NCBI GenBank assembly: GCA_043810775.1
Contig: JBDRNU010000015.1
Span: forward strand, 52,555-116,554
Origin: an archaeon
GTDB lineage: Archaea; Nanobdellota; Nanobdellia; Pacearchaeales; GW2011-AR1
Reading direction: 5' to 3'
DNA length: 64,000 nt
Shown one piece after another: positions 48,191 through 56,253 of this stretch. The notes beneath the pieces were generated by a model. That model did no database searches and was not told the DNA's origin. It saw only the letters and a list, made by a program, of their open reading frames with translations. Each line of letters starts with the position of its first letter. Within the stretch, counting starts at the first letter, position 1. The position numbers were made by a program, and so were the translations under genes.

Positions 48191-48769
48191 ATGGATCAAT
48201 CAACAGAAACTGAAGTCAGAAATTTTGAACTATATAGTGCTCTTCAGGCAAGTCCTCACTCTAATCAAGGTCAGATTGATAGGGCATATAAAAGGCAAAT
48301 TGAATTTCTTCAAGCTAAGCTGGAAAATTATGAAATAACAAAGGTTAATTTAATTGCAAGAGCTGATAAAAGAGACCCAATTGACAGAGTTGAATTAATA
48401 GCTGAACTTGCACAAGCTCGTCTTGAAATTCAAAATTTTCATACAGCAGTTGAACAGGCTAATCATACTTTATCTAATCCTGTAAGGCGTGCAATATATG
48501 ATTGTACTGGAGAATATGATAAAATTTTTCCACATGAATGCAAACATAGAATATTTCAACCCCAAGAACAGCATGATATCCCTAACTTAAGAGAAATTCA
48601 GGAGCAAATTATGGCAGGAAAAATTAGACATGTTTTTTATTCAGGTCCAGAAGGAACTAGCATGGGTTTTGAAAGTTTTTTGAGTCAATCTCCTTTTTTA
48701 GATTTATCTTTTATGGAAAAAATATTATCTGAAAGAATGAAAAGAGGATTTAAAGATTTTTTTAATTAA
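48191..48769 (+). CDS. J-domain-like protein lacking HPD
   Basis: 192 aa; QIDRAYKRQIEFLQAKL and ANHTLSNPVRRAIYD resemble J-domain helices II and IV. No His-Pro-Asp motif is present. Confidence 0.35.
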   Translation: MDQSTETEVRNFELYSALQASPHSNQGQIDRAYKRQIEFLQAKLENYEITKVNLIARADKRDPIDRVELIAELAQARLEIQNFHTAVEQANHTLSNPVRRAIYDCTGEYDKIFPHECKHRIFQPQEQHDIPNLREIQEQIMAGKIRHVFYSGPEGTSMGFESFLSQSPFLDLSFMEKILSERMKRGFKDFFN

Positions 48770-51700
48770 TATCAACTGCCCTTGTTTTAATGCTGCATCC
48801 CCCAGGCTCATTATTGAAAATATCTCTGCACTTAATGTGGTAAGTATAATCTATCTGCCATCCAGTAGTATGGAACCTGTCACTTCCACTCATCCTCTCA
48901 CCTTCATTAAAATCAAAATAGCAAGTATCAGTTGAATAAGCACAAGTAGATGGCTCTTCAGTTTCTACTACTAAACTTCCACCATCATGATAAACTCTGG
49001 TAATTACAGGATATCTGTTATCTACACTAATCTTAAAATCAGTTGAATAATTTGCTTCATTTTCAGCTACATCCTTGCAATTTATTTTGTAATTATAACT
49101 TCCTGCATACATTGTAGTCAGCGTTGAGCTATGATAATTGTCAAAAGTTTCCCTAAACCTGTCATTCCATCCATATGGTCCAAGTTTCCATCTGCATTCA
49201 GATTTTCCATCTTCAGCTCCTCCACTAGTATAAGTTTCTAGCTTAATGCTAACTGGTTCAAATCCAAAAATAGCCTCTCCACTTGGATAAGCTCCTTCTA
49301 CTTTTAATGGAGATAAGCTTGGATACAGCGAATAAGGATAAGCTTGGGTGTTTGCGTTTCTTTTGCTTTCATTTTCTCCAGCATACCAAGGCTGGTCTTT
49401 GCATTTGAAATAAAATTCATTTTCTTCAAGAGTAGTATTCAGCTTTAAAGCAGTGTCGCAATTAAATCCCCATACAGTTGGTGTTTCAAATACATCAGCT
49501 GAAGGGCAAGTAAATTCTCCTTCCATTAGCTCATAATCTATGAATTCTTTAGTGCTCCATCTGCAAGTCACTGGCTCATTTACATAAATTGTAATATTTT
49601 TTTCACTGGAATTATATTTAGTGTAGGCATAATCTTCTGGAATTGTTTTTTGAATTCTGGGAGCAGTTAAATCAGGCCCTGGCTTTACACAGAAATTAAT
49701 AACATAGTCAGCTGGAGTCCAGGCTCCCCAGTCATCCTGACATTTTACATAGAGGTTATAGTCTGCAACTCTGTTAGGGTCAAATCCATGAGCTCCTAAT
49801 GCATCAGGGCTTGGCAGATTAATGCTCGTTGAGTGATTTCTCAAGTATAAATTTCTATTGTTGAAAAATTGAGGCATATTTTCATAAGGCATTATTCCTG
49901 GTTCTAGTGAATACTTGCACTGTCCTAGCTCATCTAATGAAATTCCAAATTGCACATTAGTCCATGCTTGTATGCATCTTCCGTCTTGTTGCCTTACTTT
50001 ATAGCCATTGTTGGAAACTTCTGTATAAGTATAATTTTCAGTTACAATATTATACCAGGGTGAAATTTGTGGAGGAATTGCATCTTGCTTGCTTGCCTCA
50101 CATATTTCAGCTTCACTTCCCTCATTAAAAAAGTGGCAGGCAGCTCCCAAGCTTGAGCATCTGTATTTTGAGCATGGATGCATAGGATTATCGTCGCAAT
50201 TTCCGCAATCAGAGCCGCCAACAGGCGGCTGCCATGGCATGCAGTTAAATGATACTGTATGCTCTTTTGTATCTCCTATTCCGAGAAGTTTTGTAACTAT
50301 TGCTACTATAATTATAAATAATATTGCTAATGGGCAAAGAATACCAGTAGAGCACAATGTCATAATTCCTACTTGCATATATGCAGCAACAGCTCCAACC
50401 ACTAATCCTGCAACAGCTCCTGCAATAGTGACAATTAATAATCCCTCTCCCTCCAATCCAAACATTTTTCCAATCATCATTCCTATCATTGCACCAACTG
50501 CAACTCCTATAGCTATATTTGCAAATCCTGCAAAAAACCCAAATGATTGCGAACCTGATATAACTCCTGACGCCGTTTCAGTAATTACTATTCCTTTAGT
50601 AAGTGAATATGAAACCACTAAACCATCAGTAAGCGCTGCTGTTGTTATCATTCCAACAGCCCCCACACCATAAGCCCCTGTTGTTCCCAGCATAAATTTA
50701 TACATTGCATCAGAATAATCAGCTTCTTCATATTCATCTAACTCCCCAATTCCCAAGAAACCATAAAAACTGCTGATATCTCTTGCATCAGCAAACTGCC
50801 CTTCAATTGGTTCAGCATATTTCTCAAATTTTTCCAAATCAGATTTTTCTAATCTAGGAGCTCCAGTTACAGAATATCCTCCATCTGTAACTTCTCCCTC
50901 AATATTAACATAAGCTCCGCAATCTCCAAGCGAAACACAATAATTATTCATTTTTTCTGCAAATTCCTTGCTTTGGCAATCACAATTAAACTCGCACTCC
51001 CATCCATCAACATGCTTTACCTCAACCCAAGTGCAATCAAGGCTTGCTCTTCCACATATAGTTGAAGCAACATCATATCCTTTTTCACTCTGAAAATCAA
51101 AACCAGGAGAATACTTTGGAACACATAAATCAAAGCTATAATCAGAGTCAATGTCAATTTTCTGCACTCTGCACACAAAATTCTTTTCGCACTTGTCAGT
51201 TTCAACTTCCTTATTATAACTTAGGCATTCTTGCCATGGATTTATCATGCAAGAAGCTGTAGAAAATTTTTCTCCACTAGAGTCATCAACTATAATATCA
51301 CTCTGAACACATATTTCAGTTCTATAATCCCCGCAAGGGTCAATCTTAACCTCCCCATTCTGGCAATAGTGCTTCCAGTGTCTCGAGCCTACTACATCAG
51401 TTGAAAATAAATTATCCTCTCCATCTATTATTTGAACAGCAGCTACATTAGGAATATCTTCTGATTTTGATTCACTTTCTCCAATACTTCCATCATACAC
51501 ACACCACGACTCTCCATTTCTTCTTGCATTTCCTTTTTCATCAATACAATCCATATCTCTACAAATATACTCTCCTTCTGCAGGTGTAACTCCAGAACCC
51601 TCAGCCCCCCCACATATACTTCCTAACATATAAAAACAGTTTCCACAGCTAAGTGAATTCGCATTGCCATTAGCATTAGTAGGATTACAACTTTCATTTT

Positions 51701-52520
51701 TTTCTAACACCCACCCATTATTCCAGCTTGCATCTCTATCAGAATCATAAATATTTTCCATATTTCCACAAGAATCAAACCAATAAACCTCATTATACTT
51801 ATTTTTATTATCAGCACATCCAGTGCTTGCCTGTCTTGTGCAGTTTGTTTCTAATTCAGAATTTGAACATAATACATCTTCATGAAACTCTCCACCACTA
51901 CTCTGGCACTCTTGCTGAGAAATAAATTCGCAATTATTTTCATCTTCACCATAATAAACACAAGCTCCAGTTGAAGTAGTTGAAGCAAGAGCAATACACT
52001 CTATCTCATAAATAACATCTGGTCTGAAGTCAAAATCAAAACCATAATAATCAGCAAGATAATTACATCTATCTCTAGTAACAAACTGAGTCTCATCTCC
52101 TAAAACACAGCAAGCCTTCTGGCATTCTGCAATATTGCAAGCAGGTTCATCAAACCATTGTCCTCCATCTTGTTCGCATTTAGCTTTTGGCGAGTTGCTT
52201 GCACAAGTTCCTTGATAGCTATCAAAGCAGCATCCATAATCACAGTTAGTAGTATCTTCACAAAATCCAGGGAAACACCCACTAAATCCTCCCTGGCACT
52301 GCCCTCCACACTGCTCCCAGACCATTTCCTGGCATATGCTATTATTATTAGTAACTTCACAGCATTGTGGAGTTAATGGTTGTGCTTCAACCACTTTAAT
52401 TTCATCTGTGATAATTCCAACTAAATAGCAAAATGCAAAAATAGCAATTACTAAGTTTAGTATCTGAAAATAGCTAATTCTAGCTTTTCTGCCCAAAACC
52501 TCTTTTTTATTTATTTTCAT
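48762..52520 (-). CDS. giant cysteine-rich membrane-spanning surface protein (paralog B)
   Basis: 1252 aa; same architecture as paralog A. The conserved module is CMPWQPPVGGSDCGNCDDNPMHPCSKYRCSSLGAAC, with a Gly-rich TM core and a conserved C-terminal domain. Confidence 0.7.
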   Translation of the reverse strand: MKINKKEVLGRKARISYFQILNLVIAIFAFCYLVGIITDEIKVVEAQPLTPQCCEVTNNNSICQEMVWEQCGGQCQGGFSGCFPGFCEDTTNCDYGCCFDSYQGTCASNSPKAKCEQDGGQWFDEPACNIAECQKACCVLGDETQFVTRDRCNYLADYYGFDFDFRPDVIYEIECIALASTTSTGACVYYGEDENNCEFISQQECQSSGGEFHEDVLCSNSELETNCTRQASTGCADNKNKYNEVYWFDSCGNMENIYDSDRDASWNNGWVLEKNESCNPTNANGNANSLSCGNCFYMLGSICGGAEGSGVTPAEGEYICRDMDCIDEKGNARRNGESWCVYDGSIGESESKSEDIPNVAAVQIIDGEDNLFSTDVVGSRHWKHYCQNGEVKIDPCGDYRTEICVQSDIIVDDSSGEKFSTASCMINPWQECLSYNKEVETDKCEKNFVCRVQKIDIDSDYSFDLCVPKYSPGFDFQSEKGYDVASTICGRASLDCTWVEVKHVDGWECEFNCDCQSKEFAEKMNNYCVSLGDCGAYVNIEGEVTDGGYSVTGAPRLEKSDLEKFEKYAEPIEGQFADARDISSFYGFLGIGELDEYEEADYSDAMYKFMLGTTGAYGVGAVGMITTAALTDGLVVSYSLTKGIVITETASGVISGSQSFGFFAGFANIAIGVAVGAMIGMMIGKMFGLEGEGLLIVTIAGAVAGLVVGAVAAYMQVGIMTLCSTGILCPLAILFIIIVAIVTKLLGIGDTKEHTVSFNCMPWQPPVGGSDCGNCDDNPMHPCSKYRCSSLGAACHFFNEGSEAEICEASKQDAIPPQISPWYNIVTENYTYTEVSNNGYKVRQQDGRCIQAWTNVQFGISLDELGQCKYSLEPGIMPYENMPQFFNNRNLYLRNHSTSINLPSPDALGAHGFDPNRVADYNLYVKCQDDWGAWTPADYVINFCVKPGPDLTAPRIQKTIPEDYAYTKYNSSEKNITIYVNEPVTCRWSTKEFIDYELMEGEFTCPSADVFETPTVWGFNCDTALKLNTTLEENEFYFKCKDQPWYAGENESKRNANTQAYPYSLYPSLSPLKVEGAYPSGEAIFGFEPVSIKLETYTSGGAEDGKSECRWKLGPYGWNDRFRETFDNYHSSTLTTMYAGSYNYKINCKDVAENEANYSTDFKISVDNRYPVITRVYHDGGSLVVETEEPSTCAYSTDTCYFDFNEGERMSGSDRFHTTGWQIDYTYHIKCRDIFNNEPGGCSIKTRAVDIN

Positions 52521-52523
52521 TGT

Positions 52524-53294
52524 TTAAAATCCTGCTGGAATTATGCATCCTCTTACAGCAAATTTCAGTCTATCTTTAGTATATTTATCTTCAACTACAT
52601 AAATTTTTGCAGCATTTTCATTTCCACCATGAGTATATCTTTCAACATAAACTTCAGGATATAGCAAGCTGTATCCAATATACTCAAAATGGCAGTACTT
52701 CGCTTCCTGGTCAACAATTTCTACAGCTATACTAGCCAAATCATAAAGCGGAGTAGCTATTACTAGCTTAAATTCATCATATTTTTTTTCTTCACCCTTT
52801 CCAGAAATTTCAATAGTTCTGTCAATATCAACTTCTAATTTCCTTGAAGACAGTTCACAATTTACTTGCATAGCACCCCTGTCTTCTAGCACAATATCAA
52901 AACCCTTTTTTTCATACTCTTCTTTAAAAGCTTCAAAACAAGAATTAATTTTATCTTCTGAATTATCAGTAATTTCATTTTCAAGATGCTTGAAATACAT
53001 TGGCTCCTGGTTTACACAAGGATAATAATAATTCATATTATAGCACAAATAAGCAATTTTATTTCCTTCAAATAGCTTATAATTTTCAGGCTCTAAATAT
53101 CCTCCTTGAGCAAGCATCTTTTGAATTACACTTTCTTCAAAACACTCAGTCAAATAAGCTTGAGGCTCAGGAAGCTTAGCTGGTCTAAAATTAATAATAG
53201 TATCTCCTCTTAAAATCATATAAAAAACAATTGAAACTAGTATAATAATTCCTATAATTACAAATATAGTGATTTGCGCCCTCTTTTTTAACAT
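52524..53294 (-). CDS. type IV pilin-like protein (class III signal peptide), partner of giant B
   Basis: 256 aa; MLKKRA|QITIFVIIGIIILVSIVFYMIL. Lies 3 nt upstream of giant B. Confidence 0.55.
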   Translation of the reverse strand: MLKKRAQITIFVIIGIIILVSIVFYMILRGDTIINFRPAKLPEPQAYLTECFEESVIQKMLAQGGYLEPENYKLFEGNKIAYLCYNMNYYYPCVNQEPMYFKHLENEITDNSEDKINSCFEAFKEEYEKKGFDIVLEDRGAMQVNCELSSRKLEVDIDRTIEISGKGEEKKYDEFKLVIATPLYDLASIAVEIVDQEAKYCHFEYIGYSLLYPEVYVERYTHGGNENAAKIYVVEDKYTKDRLKFAVRGCIIPAGF

Positions 53295-53340
53295 TATATA
53301 AATAAGAAAAATGACTTTATAATATTAACTCTTAATTAAA

Positions 53341-54063
53341 TTAATCAGTCTCTACTCTCGGAGCCAGAATAAAAGTCAGCTCAAACTGTTCAGTTTTAAA
53401 TTCAAGCTTTAAAGGATAATCATCTGAGAAGTTAATATAAGACCTGTCAGCAATCTTGCAAGCTTTTGCAAATTTTTGCAAGTATTCTAAACTATATCTT
53501 GAAACAGCATTTTCTCCGCTAATTCTAACTTCATCACTTGAAAACTCACTCTTAGCTGAATTTAATCCTTTAGCTTCAATTATGAATTTGTCATTTAAAA
53601 CAGAAAAAGTACAAGCATCAGCCACAACAATACAGTCTTCAACAGCCTCCAAAAAGTCTGAACTTCCCATTTCAATCTTGCTAGTAAATTCCAGATTTGG
53701 CTCAGTTTTTTCTTCTGATTCAATATCAATTAAAGCTAAGCTAAAAGTCCTCTTTATTTTATCATGAATTTCAATCTGCAATATATTATCCTCGGTTTTC
53801 ATAACAAGAGTACTTTCAGGATAGCATCTTCTCAAAACATTTTTTAAGCTGTCTAAACTAACTCCTATAACTTCCTCATCTACTTCTATTTGTGAAAAGA
53901 ACTTAGCAGGAAGCTTAAATGACACTAAAGCAACATTAGCAGGGTCAATAGCAATTATGCTTAATCCTTGAGTATTGACCTTAATTCTTACTTCAGTAAC
54001 TAAGTCAGAAATCAAGCTAATTATGCTGGTCAATACCTTATTATTCTCAATTTTCAATAGCAT
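53341..54063 (-). CDS. pcn: DNA polymerase sliding clamp PCNA
   Basis: 240 aa with the two-domain PCNA pattern (LSIIAIDPANVALVSF...). Confidence 0.75.
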   Translation of the reverse strand: MLLKIENNKVLTSIISLISDLVTEVRIKVNTQGLSIIAIDPANVALVSFKLPAKFFSQIEVDEEVIGVSLDSLKNVLRRCYPESTLVMKTEDNILQIEIHDKIKRTFSLALIDIESEEKTEPNLEFTSKIEMGSSDFLEAVEDCIVVADACTFSVLNDKFIIEAKGLNSAKSEFSSDEVRISGENAVSRYSLEYLQKFAKACKIADRSYINFSDDYPLKLEFKTEQFELTFILAPRVETD

Positions 54064-54173
54064 AATCCTTAAATATCCTAAAAGATTTTTAAGCTTTTAT
54101 ATACTGGTATATATACTCTTTATTAAAGAGGCTAAGGGCAAACATTTTCATAAAACAGTTAATTTGAGTTAAA

Positions 54174-55427
54174 ATGGGAGAAGATATAACTAATATAACC
54201 CCTACTTATTACTCTAGAAAAGATATACAAGAAGCAATTTTCAGCTTTTGTAATGGGAGAGAAGTAGTCCCAAGTTATAAAATGGAAAGTTTTGGAAAGC
54301 GTCCAGACACTTTGGAGTATCCTTCTGATATAATGCATCACGTCAAAAAAGGAGCAACTTCTTTGCACTGCTCAGAGGAAATCTGGAAAGATCCCTTGCA
54401 ACTTTCCACATCCCTATCAGAAGACCAGCTTAATGATTTAAGGCAGGGTTGGGATTTACTAATAGACATTGATAGTAAATACCTAGATTATAGTAAGATT
54501 TCTGCAGAACTAATAATTGAAGCCCTAAACTTTCATGGAGTTAAAAATATTGGATTAAAATATTCAGGAAGTAAAGGTTTCCATATCATAGTGCCTTGGA
54601 AATCCTTTCCAAAAGAAATTAATTCCCAAAAAATGAGCTATAAATTCCCAGAAATTCCAAGAATAATCTCTATTTATCTGTCAAATTTTATAAAGCCCAA
54701 ACTAGCTGAAAAAGTAGCCCATCTTACAATGGAAGATAAAAAATCATATGTCCGTGATTTTGATGCGCATAAAAAAGTAATGCCAGATATAATTTTAGTT
54801 TCCTCAAGACACTTATTTCGCTGCCCTTATTCACTTCATGAAAAAACAAAACTTGCAAGCATAGTTTTGGAAAAAGATGAGCTAGCTGATTTTAATCCAA
54901 GAAGCGCAGATCCTCTAAAAGTTAAGGTAAAAGAATTTTATCCTAAAGCTCGCGATGAAGAAGCTCGCGAATTGTTAATTCAAGCACTAGACTGGAATCA
55001 AGAAAACAAGCAGGAAGAAAGCAAGGAAAAATTATCGGAAAAACGAAGAACAAAAACCTTTCAGAAAATTGAAGTAGATAAAAGCTCAGTTATATATCCT
55101 CCTTCAATTAAAAAAATATTACTAGGTTTGCAAGACGGAAGAAAGCGAGCCTTATTTATTTTAATAAATTACTTTCGTTCTCTTGGTTTTGAGCAAAGCG
55201 AAGTTCAGGAAAAAATTGAGTCTTGGAATAAGAAAAATAAGCCTCCTTTAAAAGAGGGGTATATTAAATCACAGTTTGCTTGGACTTTTCGCCAAAAGCA
55301 AATACTACCTCCTAACTATGATAAGGATTTTTATAAAGGGATAGGAATTATCCCAGATGATGAGGAAATTAAATTAAAAAATCCTGTGAATTATACTATA
55401 AAAAAATCAAAATGGCGCAAGAAATAA
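54174..55427 (+). CDS. priS: DNA primase catalytic subunit PriS with about 90-aa C-terminal helical extension
   Basis: 417 aa; LLIDIDSK (DxD), SGSKGFHIIVPW and CPYSLHEKT motifs of the archaeo-eukaryotic primase; a basic-rich helical extension follows. Confidence 0.7.
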   Translation: MGEDITNITPTYYSRKDIQEAIFSFCNGREVVPSYKMESFGKRPDTLEYPSDIMHHVKKGATSLHCSEEIWKDPLQLSTSLSEDQLNDLRQGWDLLIDIDSKYLDYSKISAELIIEALNFHGVKNIGLKYSGSKGFHIIVPWKSFPKEINSQKMSYKFPEIPRIISIYLSNFIKPKLAEKVAHLTMEDKKSYVRDFDAHKKVMPDIILVSSRHLFRCPYSLHEKTKLASIVLEKDELADFNPRSADPLKVKVKEFYPKARDEEARELLIQALDWNQENKQEESKEKLSEKRRTKTFQKIEVDKSSVIYPPSIKKILLGLQDGRKRALFILINYFRSLGFEQSEVQEKIESWNKKNKPPLKEGYIKSQFAWTFRQKQILPPNYDKDFYKGIGIIPDDEEIKLKNPVNYTIKKSKWRKK

Positions 55428-56197
55428 TTAATGTTACAGATATAACTGAATATCTATTTTGTCCAAGAAAAGTATATTTAAGGCTAGTTAAAAAAGTAAG
55501 ATTTCCTCCAAATCAGGCAATGATTAAAGGTCAGCTTAAACATAGAGTTTTTGATACCTTCAATAAAAATGAGCCAGTTATAGTATCCTCAATTGAATCA
55601 GTCCTTTCTGAAAGAGAAATAATTAATCTTTATAAAACTGAACTCTTAAAAATAATTCAGGAAATTCAGGTTGTAAATTCAAATCAGTTTTTAATGTTTA
55701 AAATTGACAAGAGAGAATTTTCAGACTCAATTAATAAACTAATTGGAAAAGAAATAAACTTGAGGGCAGGCTCAGTTCTTCAAACTCTAAAAAAAGGTTT
55801 TCTTGGAAAAGAACTCTGGAGAAACCTAGCTCCTAAATATTTGTCTGAATTTAAGATAATTTCAGAAAATATAGGTTTAAGGGGAAAAATAGATAGGGTA
55901 AAATTTGAATCTAGTATAACTCCTTATGAAATTAAAACACGTGCAGGAATATATGATTCAGATAAAATACAGCTAGCAGCCTATGCCTTACTGCTCGAAG
56001 AGGAATTTAATAAAAAAATTGAAAAAGGATTCATTGAACATTTGGAAGGAAGTGAAGAGATTCTACTCACTGAAGAATTAAAAAACAAAGTCTTAGAAAT
56101 AGCTGATAAAATAAGAAAAATGAAAGACTCTCCTGAAATGCCTTCTAATTTTAATAAATGTAATTCATGTTTTTTTAAAAATAAGTGTTTTGAGTAA
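55412..56197 (+). CDS. Cas4-like PD-(D/E)xK nuclease (RecB-family, DUF83) with Fe-S Cys cluster
   Basis: 261 aa. The N-terminus carries YLFCPRKVYL; GKIDRV is motif II, YEIKTR is the E-x-K motif, and QLAAYALLLEE is the QhxxY motif. The C-terminus carries CNSCFFKNKC. Overlaps priS by 16 nt. Confidence 0.6.
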   Translation: MAQEIINVTDITEYLFCPRKVYLRLVKKVRFPPNQAMIKGQLKHRVFDTFNKNEPVIVSSIESVLSEREIINLYKTELLKIIQEIQVVNSNQFLMFKIDKREFSDSINKLIGKEINLRAGSVLQTLKKGFLGKELWRNLAPKYLSEFKIISENIGLRGKIDRVKFESSITPYEIKTRAGIYDSDKIQLAAYALLLEEEFNKKIEKGFIEHLEGSEEILLTEELKNKVLEIADKIRKMKDSPEMPSNFNKCNSCFFKNKCFE

Positions 56198-56253
56198 ATT
56201 TCCTTAAGTGTTTCTTGCATAAGATATTTAAATAGAGTTTTTCTTATTTAGAT

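Noticed and set aside
50089-50673. 194-aa Pro/Thr/Ala-rich ORF antisense to giant protein B
   Set aside because: It is the antisense reading of the Gly/Ala-rich TM core (GC-rich codons), and its low-complexity composition is an artefact of that.
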